Source of the DNA: Candidatus Dojkabacteria bacterium
GTDB taxonomy: Bacteria > Patescibacteriota > Dojkabacteria > JAFGLO01
Direction: 5' to 3'
Length of the DNA stretch: 64,000 nt
Assembly (NCBI GenBank): GCA_016927995.1
Contig: JAFGLO010000007.1
Span: forward strand, 17,467 to 81,466
The first letter of the stretch is position 1; each line of letters starts with the position of its first letter. Shown here in pieces: positions 36,482-47,176 of this stretch. Under the pieces are notes generated by a model. That model ran no database searches. It was given only the letters and a program-made list of their open reading frames with translations, and had not been told where the DNA came from. A program made the translations under genes and the position numbers.

Positions 36482-36882
36482 TGAAAAATGCTATTACCTT
36501 ATTTCTTGAAGCACTCAGCCGTGCTAATATCTCCTTTTCTGTTATAAAAAAAGAACCAAACGGTTCGTTAAAACTTTCAGTAAACCCTGGTGATTTTAAA
36601 AAAACTGCAAAACTTCTGCGTGAAACATTTCCGGACTATACAGAACTCGAACATACAAGACTTAATAACAAAGAATATATTGAATCGGTTGAATTAGAGA
36701 TAGGCGATATCGAAATTACAATCTACTCAAAAAAGAACTTAGCATCGGATTCCACCCCGATAACTTTGTCAAAAAACACCGAGTCCCAAACAAAAGCTAC
36801 CGAATCTTCGAAGAAATCATCAAATTTTTGGTCAAAACTTGGCAAAATGGTAAAAGAAGCAGTAGATTGTTGCATAGAGTAA
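36481..36882 (+). CDS. Hypothetical protein (start overlaps upstream stop, ATGA)
   Basis: 133 aa; Ser/Thr/Lys-rich tail. Confidence 0.35.
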   Translation: MKNAITLFLEALSRANISFSVIKKEPNGSLKLSVNPGDFKKTAKLLRETFPDYTELEHTRLNNKEYIESVELEIGDIEITIYSKKNLASDSTPITLSKNTESQTKATESSKKSSNFWSKLGKMVKEAVDCCIE

Positions 36883-36962
36883 AAAATATTCTTGTAAAAT
36901 CCTTTACTGTTTCAATGATTAAACCGTGGAACCACGTAAAATGTATTTGAATTATAAAAATA

Positions 36963-37562
36963 TTGAGTCTTTACACTGTACTAATAACAATTAGACTACT
37001 CTGCCAACTATTATTTATATTAATTGTAATAAGAGTTGTATATTTAATTGTTTCATTTAGGGTGGGAGACAAAGTCCCATTTGTTCCATCAGGGAAGCTT
37101 GCAATTCAAAAGATTCTAGAGCATAAAATTATTCCTCGTGCCTCGATTATTTACGATCTAGGTTGTGGAGACGCAAAAGTTCTAGCCTGTCTTATAAAAA
37201 AGATACCTGGAGTCAAGGGAGTTGGCGTGGAAAAAGACCCAATTGTGTTTCCACTCGCCTGGATTAGAAAGCTGTTTTTACTTAATAGATCAAAAGATTT
37301 AAAGCTAATCCTCGGTGATATAAGAAATGTTGATATAAGCAAGGCCGATGTTTTATATGTTTTCTTAATGCCTGAATTTATGAAACAGATAATAATCCCT
37401 AAAATCGAAAAAGAACTTAAACCTGGTGTTTTGGTAATTAGCAATATGTTCGAAATACCCAAAACCAAAAACCTAAGGCTTTACAAAAAGCTACTTTTAA
37501 AGGAATATCGTTTTCCAACTCGTCACAATGAGTATTTATGGATTTATAGAGTAGTGAAATAG
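36963..37562 (+). CDS. Class I SAM-dependent methyltransferase with N-terminal TM helix
   Basis: Motif I IIYDLGCGDAKVL; post-I acidic GVEKD; 199 aa. Confidence 0.55.
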   Translation: MSLYTVLITIRLLCQLLFILIVIRVVYLIVSFRVGDKVPFVPSGKLAIQKILEHKIIPRASIIYDLGCGDAKVLACLIKKIPGVKGVGVEKDPIVFPLAWIRKLFLLNRSKDLKLILGDIRNVDISKADVLYVFLMPEFMKQIIIPKIEKELKPGVLVISNMFEIPKTKNLRLYKKLLLKEYRFPTRHNEYLWIYRVVK

Positions 37563-37600
37563 TAGGGACATGTCCGCGACTTGTCCTGCGTAGCAGGGAC
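37549..37600 (-). repeat. Intergenic repeat family member S4 (minus strand CAAGTCGCGGACATGTCCCTACTATTTCACTACTC) plus adjacent hairpin; convergent-gene terminator region
   Basis: Plus strand GGGACATGTCCC palindrome and GTCCTGCGTAGCAGGGAC hairpin between convergent MTase and HD genes. Confidence 0.55.
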
Positions 37601-37604
37601 GTTT

Positions 37605-38162
37605 CTAAAATAATTTATCCTTTATTCCTCGCATAGCAATAATAACCGTTTGAATATGCTCTTCTATTGAAACACCTATCTCCGCAGCCCCTTTGGAAAT
37701 CACATCCCGATCAACGTTTGAGGCAAAACTTTTCTCTTTAAACCGTTTAAGAACCGATTTAACCTCTAATCCATCAATTTTGTCAGGCCGAACAAGTGAG
37801 CAAGCAATAATAAATCCAGTAAGTTCATCGACAGCCCAAAGCGTTTTAGCCATTAAACTTTCGGGCTTTTCTCCGCCACGCTTATCCCAGTCTTTATATC
37901 CGTATCCGTGAGAATTAACAGCATGAGCAAGGTCAGTTTCGCCCATTTCCCTTAACTTCTTTACAATAATTGCAGGATGTTCATCCGGATATTTCTCCCA
38001 ATCAGCATCATGTAAAAGTCCGGCAATTCCCCAAAGCTCAGGATTTTCGTTAAATCTTTTGGCATAAGCTATCATAGCTGCTTCTACAGCAAGCATATGC
38101 TTTTTAAGATTGGGTTTGTCGATAAGCTCATCGACAATTTGCATTGCAGCTTCACGTGTCAT
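37605..38162 (-). CDS. HD-domain phosphohydrolase
   Basis: GLLHDADWEKYPDEHP (H-D motif) ; 185 aa. Confidence 0.75.
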   Translation of the reverse strand: MTREAAMQIVDELIDKPNLKKHMLAVEAAMIAYAKRFNENPELWGIAGLLHDADWEKYPDEHPAIIVKKLREMGETDLAHAVNSHGYGYKDWDKRGGEKPESLMAKTLWAVDELTGFIIACSLVRPDKIDGLEVKSVLKRFKEKSFASNVDRDVISKGAAEIGVSIEEHIQTVIIAMRGIKDKLF

Positions 38163-38271
38163 ATGTATCGCCTGTTTATATTATCTGCTCAAGCTAGTAT
38201 ACCAGACTTTACTTAATATTACGTATTAACTATAATCAAAAATTCGACTTAAACTCATCAACTGCTCAACT

Positions 38272-39291
38272 GTGGATAAACAATTAAAAGATGTCCTTTC
38301 ATCTGCAAGGAAGATTGCAATCACTGCACATATTTCCCCTGACCCTGACGCAATTGGTTCCCTTTCCTTTTTATATCAGATATTAAAATCCAACTATCCT
38401 GACAAGAAGATTATTATGTCGGTAGACGATGGGTTTGCAAAAAATCTATCGTTTATAAAATTTTCCGATAAAATAAAACTACAGCCCTTAGTAAAAACAA
38501 TTGCGGATCAAAAGCCTGATTTATTAATTTTCCTTGACGGAAATGAGTTTAAACGATTTGCCAAGGAAGATCCGGAGAAGCTAAAAGCCAAGATAACAAA
38601 AGCTAAAATTAAAACAGTGATTATTGACCACCATCCAATTATTAATAAAATGGGTGTTGACCTATACATTCAGAAAGAGACCTCTTCAACAGCCGAATTG
38701 ATCTACGAAATACTCAACGACATAATAACACTTGATCGAGATTCCGCAGAAGCACTACTTACTTCAATTGTCGCCGATACCGGGCGATTTCTATACCCCC
38801 TAAGGTATCCAAAGTCAACATTTGCATTGGTAACAGAATGTTTTAAACACGGAATTCTAATTGAAGAACTATCAAACAAAATGGTGCGATATACACGGTC
38901 TCAACTACTTATTATTGCAGAACTCTTAAAAAATACTGTAGTTACATCTGATTATACATACAGTTTTTATAGTCGTGAATTTTTAAATAATTGGTTTAAG
39001 GAAACAAAGGGCACAAAATATGAGGCAGGGGAGGCAAATCATTCATATGTTCATACATATTTACGTGCCGCAAATGGAAATAAATGGGGATTTACTATTA
39101 CTCCACATACTGATAATAAAAAAACTTTTAGAGTTTCGTTTAGGGCTGATAACGCTGCCGGCATTGATACCTCAATATTTTCAAAAGCACTTGGTGGAGG
39201 AGGACATAAACCAGCATCAGGAGCAGAGTTTGAGGCAAAAGATATAAAAGAGGCTATAAAAAAAGTTAAACAGATAATTAAAAATTGTTAA
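38272..39291 (+). CDS. DHH-family phosphoesterase (NrnA-like nanoRNase/pAp phosphatase)
   Basis: IAITAHISPDPDAIGS (DHH motif I), DHHPI, DHHA1-like C-terminal GGGGHKPASG. Confidence 0.75.
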   Translation: MDKQLKDVLSSARKIAITAHISPDPDAIGSLSFLYQILKSNYPDKKIIMSVDDGFAKNLSFIKFSDKIKLQPLVKTIADQKPDLLIFLDGNEFKRFAKEDPEKLKAKITKAKIKTVIIDHHPIINKMGVDLYIQKETSSTAELIYEILNDIITLDRDSAEALLTSIVADTGRFLYPLRYPKSTFALVTECFKHGILIEELSNKMVRYTRSQLLIIAELLKNTVVTSDYTYSFYSREFLNNWFKETKGTKYEAGEANHSYVHTYLRAANGNKWGFTITPHTDNKKTFRVSFRADNAAGIDTSIFSKALGGGGHKPASGAEFEAKDIKEAIKKVKQIIKNC

Positions 39292-39314
39292 TACAGTTAC
39301 GGTTGAGCTTGAAC

Positions 39315-39929
39315 TTAGCCTTTTTTCCCGGATATTTTCCCAAACATAGGAATCACTGCGATATTTCCATACCGCTTGTCGTCGACTACAGTATTATCTA
39401 ATGGCACTAGATCGCCGTACCGATTTACTATTTCAAGTGCAACCATAGCATCGTCAAGCCCGCGGTGGGATCTAAACTTAAGTCCCATATAATCTTTTAA
39501 AAAGCCAAGCTTATATGAGGGGAGGTATGGCATGCCTTTACGAGCAACCCTTACGCTGCAAAGCCTAGGTGCAACAACAATTGGTTGATCATATCTATAA
39601 AATTCCGAGTTAACAAAGTCAAAATCAAAATAAACATTGTGCGCAATAAACACAAAATCTTCAATAAAATCACGAAACTCCTTAATAGCCTTAACGGGAT
39701 CCTTGGCATTTTGGTCAAATTCCTCCTGAGTAATACCGGTTAAAAGTGTTGTGCCCAAAGAAATATCGTCAACCGTTTTTATCAATTTATCAAATTTAGC
39801 TGTTACGTTGCCATGTTCAACTTTTACTGCACCAATCTCAATTACACGTGCGTCTGAATACGAAAGACCAGTGGTTTCCACGTCAACAACCACAAAATTG
39901 TCTGTTCCATCAAAAAGTCTCATACACAA
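39315..39929 (-). CDS. 3'-5' exonuclease, DnaQ/DEDDh family (Pol III epsilon-like)
   Basis: VVVDVETTGL (Exo I), FIAHNVYFDFDF (Exo II), HRGLDDAMV (Exo III with His). Confidence 0.8.
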   Translation of the reverse strand: MCMRLFDGTDNFVVVDVETTGLSYSDARVIEIGAVKVEHGNVTAKFDKLIKTVDDISLGTTLLTGITQEEFDQNAKDPVKAIKEFRDFIEDFVFIAHNVYFDFDFVNSEFYRYDQPIVVAPRLCSVRVARKGMPYLPSYKLGFLKDYMGLKFRSHRGLDDAMVALEIVNRYGDLVPLDNTVVDDKRYGNIAVIPMFGKISGKKG

Positions 39930-40057
39930 TTATACAGTAATTTAGTTTATTACCTTACCCCCTGTGTGATTAAATCTTGCTGGATGTCAACTTTAGTCAT
40001 TGTTAAAAGTTTAAACTACTGATAATATCTATGTATAGATAAGTTAAAATAAAGGTC

Positions 40058-40501
40058 ATGCCTAATACCCAGAATTCAATCTTAAATCGGTCACTGGTCC
40101 GTGTTTTTATTTATGCAATAGTCTTTTTTCTAATCCAGTTCTTTAGTTCTCAATATGAAGGGCCCACATGGCTCGAAACCGTCGGAATAATAATGTTTTT
40201 CCTTGGAATTACAATGTATACCATTGGCTTAAATAATCTTTCAATTCAAACTGCTTTTTTTGAAAGTTCCAAAACCCTTGTTACCACCGGAATTTACTCA
40301 ATTGTAAGACATCCGTTATACACAGCTGTTGCCATAACCTATCTCGGAGCAGGAATTTGGAATCAATCAATTGCCGGAATCCTGACCACCTTATTTATTC
40401 TAATTCCGGTGTTATTTTACTTTGCAAGAGAAGAAGAAAAAGACCTTATTACCCGTTTTGGTGAGGACTACATTAATTATAAAAAGAAAACACTTTTTTA
40501 A
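40058..40501 (+). CDS. Isoprenylcysteine carboxyl methyltransferase (ICMT)/phospholipid methyltransferase family membrane protein
   Basis: TTGIYSIVRHPLYTAVAITYLG and C-terminal EE..L...FGEDY motif typical of ICMT/PEMT family. Confidence 0.65.
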   Translation: MPNTQNSILNRSLVRVFIYAIVFFLIQFFSSQYEGPTWLETVGIIMFFLGITMYTIGLNNLSIQTAFFESSKTLVTTGIYSIVRHPLYTAVAITYLGAGIWNQSIAGILTTLFILIPVLFYFAREEEKDLITRFGEDYINYKKKTLF

Positions 40502-41815
40502 ATGAACATAGAAACTCTTGTTATTATAATAATTGCGCTTCAAGTGTTAGTTCTTGCTTTATTATTATTTGGGAAAAAACACTCGACTGATTCCCTTGAA
40601 AACGAAATCAATACAAATGTTAAACGTCTGGAACCACTATTCAAGGAAGAAATGGCTCAGAGTCGCCGCGAAAATGCCGACAACCAGCGTGCCACCCGCG
40701 AAGAGCTTGGAAAAAACGTTAAAGACTTTGGTGATTCACTCGATAAACGAATAAGCTCGTTTGCACTTCTACAAAACAAAAACTTTTCACAATTTTCCGA
40801 TAGCCTATCAAAAGTTAATCAAAATACTCAAAAACAAATGGAAGATGTAAGGCTGACAATCGAAAAGAAGCTTGATTCAATTCGTGAAGATAACACCATT
40901 CAGCTTGATAAAATGCGTTCTACAGTCGATGAGAAACTTACTGAAACCCTTGACAAACGCCTCGGTGAAAAATTTAAGCTTGTAAATGACAGGCTGGAAC
41001 AAGTTTATAAAGGACTGGGTGAAATGCAAAATCTTGCTCAAGGCGTAGGTGACCTTAAAAAGGTATTATCAGGTGTAAAAGTTAGAGGTACCTGGGGTGA
41101 GGTTCAGCTTGGAAGCCTTTTAGAACAAATCTTAACACCAGAACAGTACGACACTAACGTATCAACCAAACAAGGAAGTCACGAAGTTGTCGAATTTGCA
41201 ATCAAAATTCCAGATAAAAAAGAGAAAGGCTCATTCCTTTATCTCCCTATCGATGTTAAATTCCCAATGGAGGATTACGAGCGGCTTATAAAAGCTCAGG
41301 AAACCGCCGAAAAAGAAACAATCTTACTTGCACAAAAAGCAATTCAACTTAGAATTAAATCGGAGGCTAAAGATATTTTTGACAAATATATTGATCCCCC
41401 AAACACAACTGACTTTGGAATCCTGTACCTTCCAATCGAAGGGTTATACGCCGAAGTCACCCAACAGATCGGGCTTTGTGAGCAGCTTCAGCGTGAATTT
41501 CACATCGTGGTAATGGGTCCAAATACTGTTGCTGCTTTTCTAAACAGTCTACAAATTGGATTTAGAACCCTTGCAATTGAAAAGCGTACAAGTGAAGTAT
41601 GGAATCTTTTAACCACAATCAAAGAAGAGTTCGGTAAATTTGGAATTATTCTTACAAAGGCTGAAAGTCAGCTTGCTACCGTACAAAATACTCTTAAGCA
41701 AGCCAACTCCAAAACCACAACAATATCCAGAAAACTTACAAAGGTCGAGCAATTACCAATTGGAACCAACAAAGAACCAGAAGAAACCGAAAATATACCA
41801 CTCCTTGAGGAATAA
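40502..41815 (+). CDS. rmuC: DNA recombination protein RmuC
   Basis: N-terminal TM, long coiled coil, C-terminal RmuC nuclease-like domain (GTWGEVQLGSLLEQ...FAIKIPD...YLPIDVKFP). Confidence 0.85.
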   Translation: MNIETLVIIIIALQVLVLALLLFGKKHSTDSLENEINTNVKRLEPLFKEEMAQSRRENADNQRATREELGKNVKDFGDSLDKRISSFALLQNKNFSQFSDSLSKVNQNTQKQMEDVRLTIEKKLDSIREDNTIQLDKMRSTVDEKLTETLDKRLGEKFKLVNDRLEQVYKGLGEMQNLAQGVGDLKKVLSGVKVRGTWGEVQLGSLLEQILTPEQYDTNVSTKQGSHEVVEFAIKIPDKKEKGSFLYLPIDVKFPMEDYERLIKAQETAEKETILLAQKAIQLRIKSEAKDIFDKYIDPPNTTDFGILYLPIEGLYAEVTQQIGLCEQLQREFHIVVMGPNTVAAFLNSLQIGFRTLAIEKRTSEVWNLLTTIKEEFGKFGIILTKAESQLATVQNTLKQANSKTTTISRKLTKVEQLPIGTNKEPEETENIPLLEE

Positions 41816-41836
41816 ATATCTCTTTAGACTACTTGC

Positions 41837-43183
41837 ATGAAAGCACAATTTTACTACATTAAAACCTACGGTTGCCAGATGAATATTACTGACAGCAATC
41901 GAATTCGTACTATATTAGATAATGCCGGATTTACCGAAACAAAATCCGTAGAAGATACTGACATATTTATTGCAGTCAGCTGTAGTGTCAGGGAAAGGGC
42001 CGAGGCCAAAACACTTAACCACATTAGAGACTTAAAGCGAAGTAGGGGGAAAAATAAACCCGTTTTAACCGTTCTAACCGGATGTATGGTGCGCCGCGAT
42101 CATAAAAATTCCGTATGCAAAAATACACAGGAAAATGTAAGAAATCTTAAACAAAAGTCCGGAAATTCTATTGATATCTACATCGATTTACGAGATATTA
42201 AACGGCTTCCGCAAAAATTAAGCAAATTAGGGAAGGGGAGTGACTCCCCTATTACAATAAATGAACGTACGCCTTCCTCCTATCTTCAACTCCAGCAAAA
42301 ACATACCCCCGACGGTATAGAGGCATATATCCCAATAATGACAGGATGCAGTCAGTTTTGTACCTACTGTATTGTACCGTTTTCACGCGGTGAAGAATTT
42401 TGCAGAACAAAAAAAGCTATTATTGCCGACGTGGAAACAGCCCTAAGCTCCGGAAAAAAGATAATTGTACTGCTTGGACAAATAGTTGATAAATGGAGCC
42501 AAGACGGCAAAACCTTTCTTGATCTGCTTAAGTCAGTCTGTCGAATAGATGGCGAATTTTTTGTAACATTCTTAAGCCCGCACCCAAGTTTTATAACAAA
42601 TGAAATTATTGATTATATCTTCAAAGAACCCAAAATGCTTAAATACCTTGGACTTCCATTGCAAGCCGGCAGCAATAGAATTCTTAAAAAGATGAATCGG
42701 ACCTATACTACCCGGAAGTATCTCAAGCTAATTGACTATATTAGATCAAAAGAAATGAATACCGGCAAACTTTTATATCTTACTACCGATATTATTGTTG
42801 GATTTCCGAGCGAAACAAAAAATGAGTTTAATGAGACTGTCGAAATACTAAACCAAATTCAGTTTAATAAAGTTTTTCTTGCCTACTATTCGGAACGTCC
42901 GTTTTCGATTGCCGCAAAGGTTTTCCCGGATGATATTCCCTTAGCCGAAAAGAAGAAGCGAAAGCAAATACTTATCGAGGTTACCGACAAAATTTTTGAA
43001 AGCAAAAACAAAGCCCTTTTAGGTAAAGAAGTTACTGTAATTGCCAAAACTCAAAAGATTGGCTTTATGGACACCTACCAATTTGTCGAGATACTAAATT
43101 TACCCCCTAATTCGATCGGCAAAGTTCTAAAAGGAAAAATAACATACGGTGGGAGGTATGGAATTAGGGTAAAAGTGTTTTAG
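41837..43183 (+). CDS. Radical-SAM methylthiotransferase, MiaB/RimO family
   Basis: N-terminal MTTase domain YIKTYGCQMNITDS, radical SAM CSQFCTYC, C-terminal TRAM-like domain. Confidence 0.8.
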   Translation: MKAQFYYIKTYGCQMNITDSNRIRTILDNAGFTETKSVEDTDIFIAVSCSVRERAEAKTLNHIRDLKRSRGKNKPVLTVLTGCMVRRDHKNSVCKNTQENVRNLKQKSGNSIDIYIDLRDIKRLPQKLSKLGKGSDSPITINERTPSSYLQLQQKHTPDGIEAYIPIMTGCSQFCTYCIVPFSRGEEFCRTKKAIIADVETALSSGKKIIVLLGQIVDKWSQDGKTFLDLLKSVCRIDGEFFVTFLSPHPSFITNEIIDYIFKEPKMLKYLGLPLQAGSNRILKKMNRTYTTRKYLKLIDYIRSKEMNTGKLLYLTTDIIVGFPSETKNEFNETVEILNQIQFNKVFLAYYSERPFSIAAKVFPDDIPLAEKKKRKQILIEVTDKIFESKNKALLGKEVTVIAKTQKIGFMDTYQFVEILNLPPNSIGKVLKGKITYGGRYGIRVKVF

Positions 43184-43273
43184 GGGTCAAATTGAGGCTC
43201 TGGGGAGCTTTTCTTTATCCATTCTTAATTCTCGCCGTGGTTTTTATCATCTATTACACGTCATTACACCGTT

Positions 43274-43915
43274 TTACTCCTTGTTTCCATTACCAAGCCT
43301 GGCAAGCCCCAGCCTTACCGCCTGTGAAGCTTCACTAAGAACATTTAAGACCCGTAACTGATCGTTAACGTCGGTAATATGACAAAAGGATGCTGGATAA
43401 AGCTCATTTACAAAAGTAACCAAATTTATAAGTCCTGAATAAATTAATGCCCCGGGATAAAATTCTTTGTAACTTGTCCTGTTACGTTTAACTTGCTCTA
43501 TATCTACTAACACAATTGGTACTCTTTTGGTCTCTCCATATTCGTTAAAATCATATTCAAATTTATATCCAGGTAATTCAATTGCTTCTTTAGTTAGACT
43601 ACCAGAAGGATCTTCTACATTAAAAAATATACCCCAATAACGACGTCCTAATATTGAATCAACTTTATCAGAAATCTTAATTCTCAGCTTTTCGGAACTG
43701 TCCGATGGTAATCCTATTGAATAATTAGGAGAAAACGGATTTTGGGGGTCATTAACCTCTAGATTATAAGTTTTTAAGCGTTCGTTAAGCTGTTCCAGTT
43801 CCCAAACCGCAATGCCATGCAAATATTCAACACGTTCACCTGGGGTCTTTATTTCTTCAAACTCACGGCTTAATCTTCTATTGACAACGATTCCTTCTGG
43901 TGACTTAGGTGACAT
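43274..43915 (-). CDS. Hypothetical protein
   Basis: 213 aa; no family recognized; followed by ~630 bp AT-rich non-coding stretch. Confidence 0.35.
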   Translation of the reverse strand: MSPKSPEGIVVNRRLSREFEEIKTPGERVEYLHGIAVWELEQLNERLKTYNLEVNDPQNPFSPNYSIGLPSDSSEKLRIKISDKVDSILGRRYWGIFFNVEDPSGSLTKEAIELPGYKFEYDFNEYGETKRVPIVLVDIEQVKRNRTSYKEFYPGALIYSGLINLVTFVNELYPASFCHITDVNDQLRVLNVLSEASQAVRLGLARLGNGNKE

Positions 43916-44549
43916 ACAACATTTCTTATGTAAGAAATTATTGAATTTACTGCAATATTATAGCAATAAATGCCAAGGAGTAGGGTAATTTAGAGGCAGA
44001 ACACCCTAAACTACCAACGAATCTAGAGTTTTGAGACAACTAAACCACTAAACAGAAAATTCCCGGAAAATTCATGAAAATTAGCTTAAAATCTAGACCA
44101 ATGCAGGCGAATAAACGTTAATTTTTAGTGCTATTTTCTAAATAAATCAAGAAAAATTCAAAACATGTATTTCGCCAAATTCATACCGCCTTCCGAGTAT
44201 AAGGGTGATTATACTCAGTTTCGATATTCCCTATTTTACGTTTTTTGAGCGGCTTTTTTCAAAAAGGAGAAGACCGTCAGAAAAATATATATAATTCTCC
44301 TGTAATGCTTCGAGCCGTTCTTGTGACAAAGAGCTTAAATCCATTATTTCTCGTATATTTTGAAGCCCCCGGTTAAATAGCATTAGACAAATGCTACTAG
44401 ACGAAGTGTACAGTTCGTCCATTATGTCCAAGTTATCCACACCAAAATATTACAGGATACATTTTCACACCCAGGCTTGACTCGATTATTATGGGACACT
44501 CCCCTTCTCTACGTTCAATCATTCCCTCAAAAACGTTATCCGATAAGGA

Positions 44550-45569
44550 TTAAAAATAAGTTGCACTCGAATAAATGATAACGATAACGGCCATAATTAT
44601 TAGATAATACTCAATAATTATGGAAAGATTAAGCTTCTGTCTAAACGAACTCATAAGCGTTCCGGTCGCAGCAGCAAAAACCATTGCAGGATAAATGGAA
44701 GCAATCTTGTAATTTATTGGCCATATAAAAAGCACTATCATTGCAATAAAAGATACAAGTCCAATTCCTACGGAAAGTGCTAAATTAACACGAATTGCGC
44801 CTCCAAATGTAAAAATAATAGGATACGCAATAACTGTATAAACAAGAAACAGAACAGTATAGTAGTACCAGGGAAATGAGAACGTTAGAAGTCCCAATGT
44901 AAAGAAATATACTGAAATAATCCCAACAATATATACAACGGTCTGAGCAACTTGCAGCAAAGGTACTGTTCTTACTTGTGAAACGTTAACAATATTTGCA
45001 GATAAAAATACAACTTCAGAAAATCCAAACAGAAATATCAGAATAACTGCAAAAGATAAAATCTCATCGAATCTCGAGAGTTGCCCCAAAAAGAAGAGTT
45101 GAACAAACAAGGTTATTCCAAAAAGAGATGATCCTACAAACATTGCGAGCACCTGAAAGGTAATCATTGTAAGTTCGCCCCAGAAAATCCATAACAAAAG
45201 TAAAACGCCAACGGCAGCAAAAACAATTGCATCAAGGAAAATATCCTGAATTTCAATATTTTGACTTCGAAAGAATCTTAAGGCAATAAAAATTCCAACA
45301 ATTATTACGGACCCCAAAAACATTCTTCTTCGCTTCCACTTATCCACAACAGCAACGGATTCTTTGGACGCAAAGCGCTTGGGACGAATACTTTTAACAA
45401 GCCCCAACCTATTTATTAATCTTCGCTGAACTTTTTTAATGAACAATTTGAACTTTGACTGATTAACGGCATAAGGAGCGTTTTTAAATAGCTTTAAAGA
45501 AGAATCATCTTCAACCAGTTTCGCTAAAGCCTTTTTGTACCCTTCCCGCTCATTGGTAATTGTGCTCAC
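44550..45569 (-). CDS. Hypothetical polytopic membrane protein
   Basis: ~8 TM helices; overlaps ruvB stop by 4 nt (operon-coupled). Confidence 0.4.
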   Translation of the reverse strand: MSTITNEREGYKKALAKLVEDDSSLKLFKNAPYAVNQSKFKLFIKKVQRRLINRLGLVKSIRPKRFASKESVAVVDKWKRRRMFLGSVIIVGIFIALRFFRSQNIEIQDIFLDAIVFAAVGVLLLLWIFWGELTMITFQVLAMFVGSSLFGITLFVQLFFLGQLSRFDEILSFAVILIFLFGFSEVVFLSANIVNVSQVRTVPLLQVAQTVVYIVGIISVYFFTLGLLTFSFPWYYYTVLFLVYTVIAYPIIFTFGGAIRVNLALSVGIGLVSFIAMIVLFIWPINYKIASIYPAMVFAAATGTLMSSFRQKLNLSIIIEYYLIIMAVIVIIYSSATYF

Positions 45570-46570
45570 AATAACCTCCCTTCTTGCTGAAATTTAACCC
45601 CTAGTGATTCGTAACCTGCCTTGGTAACAACCCTACCCTTCTTGGTTCTATCAATCAATCCTCTTTTAATTAAGTATGGTTCTATTACTTCTGCAATTGT
45701 TTCTTTATCCTCGGAAATTGCTGTTGCTAACGTAGAAAGGCCTACCGGACCACCGTTAAATTTGTCAACCATCAAACGAAGAATCAATCGATCTGTTTTA
45801 TCAAGCCCGTATTCATCAATTCCCAGCAAATCAAGAGCCTTTTCGACAATGTCTGCAGTTATTTGATCGGAGTTAAATTCAACCCTTGCATGATCTCGCA
45901 CCCGCTTTAGTAATCGAAGCGCTAATCTTGCCGTTCCACGGGCTCTCTTGGCAATAGCTAATGCAGATTCTTTATCGATTTTAATTGCCAAAACATCCGC
46001 GGCCCTTATTATAATACTAGTGAGATCGGAATCATCAAAGAAGTCTAGCCTTATTAAAAGCCCAAAACGATCTCTTAATGGAGACGATAGCAGACTTAGT
46101 CGTGTGGTTGCACCTATTAGGGTAAATTGAGGTAATGCAAGCCTCATAGCCTTTGCTCCGGGACCCTTACCCACAATAATATCAAGTCCAAAATCTTCCA
46201 TGGCAGGATAAAGCACTTCCTCAACGCTTTTGTTAAGCCGATGAATCTCATCAATAAATAAAATGTCACCCCTTTTTAGGTTTGTTAGAATTGCGGCTAA
46301 ATCACCCTGGCGTTCAATTGCAGGACCTGAAGTGATTTTAATATTAACACCCAATTCCTTTGCAATTATATTGGCAAACAATGTTTTACCAAGCCCCGGC
46401 GGACCGTGAAATAATACATGATCTAATGCTTCATTTCGACCACGAGCAGCATTTATTGCCATGCTTATAAGTCTTTTCTCAGAATTACGTCCAATAAGCT
46501 CATTTAGGCTATTAGGTCGCAACTTGGGATCTACAACATTATCTTTTGAAACGGTAACCTTTTTATTCAT
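45566..46570 (-). CDS. ruvB: Holliday junction branch-migration helicase RuvB
   Basis: LFHGPPGLGKTLFANIIAKELG (Walker A), ILFIDEIHRL (Walker B), RuvB C-terminal winged helix. Confidence 0.95.
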   Translation of the reverse strand: MNKKVTVSKDNVVDPKLRPNSLNELIGRNSEKRLISMAINAARGRNEALDHVLFHGPPGLGKTLFANIIAKELGVNIKITSGPAIERQGDLAAILTNLKRGDILFIDEIHRLNKSVEEVLYPAMEDFGLDIIVGKGPGAKAMRLALPQFTLIGATTRLSLLSSPLRDRFGLLIRLDFFDDSDLTSIIIRAADVLAIKIDKESALAIAKRARGTARLALRLLKRVRDHARVEFNSDQITADIVEKALDLLGIDEYGLDKTDRLILRLMVDKFNGGPVGLSTLATAISEDKETIAEVIEPYLIKRGLIDRTKKGRVVTKAGYESLGVKFQQEGRLL

Positions 46571-47150
46571 GATCCTTAAGACAAATATAAACTAAACTCT
46601 CGGTGGACTCCCCTTCTATTTCAGTTTTACTAAGCTTTGAGATCATTGCTTCGACTTCCTTCGAAGAAAATGCTAGTGACTTAAGTGCCGAACTTACCTT
46701 AGAAAGTTTATCAAGGGATTTGGGATCTAATGCCTTTTTAGTATCATCTGTAACCAATTTCTCGGCAAGTTCCAAGACTATTCTTCTAGCTGTTTTATTA
46801 CCGAGACCCTTGATTGTGCAGATTTTCTTGACATCTTTCTCATCGAGTAATTTCGCAAATTCTGTTACAGAGAACTGAGATAATATATCAATTGCTGTTG
46901 CCGGACCAACCCCACTTATTGAAATCAATTTTTCAAAAAAAAGCTTATCTTCAAGATTTGAAAACCCAAAAAGGTCTTCTCTGTTTTCCCTTATGTAGTG
47001 ATAAATGAGAAGTGTTGTAGTTTCTGACTCGGAAAGATTGTCCAGATCCCTTTGGGAAACGAAAATATTAAATCCAAGCCCGGAAGCAGTCAATAAATCT
47101 ATACTCGAGGATTCCTTTCGAATAATTTTGCCGTTTAAAACACTTATCAT
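46563..47150 (-). CDS. ruvA: Holliday junction DNA-binding protein RuvA
   Basis: N-terminal OB (MISVLNGKII), HhH motifs LISISGVGPATA / IKGLGNKTARRI, domain III. Confidence 0.85.
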   Translation of the reverse strand: MISVLNGKIIRKESSSIDLLTASGLGFNIFVSQRDLDNLSESETTTLLIYHYIRENREDLFGFSNLEDKLFFEKLISISGVGPATAIDILSQFSVTEFAKLLDEKDVKKICTIKGLGNKTARRIVLELAEKLVTDDTKKALDPKSLDKLSKVSSALKSLAFSSKEVEAMISKLSKTEIEGESTESLVYICLKDHE

Positions 47151-47176
47151 GCGTGTATATTATCATTGCAGAAAGA

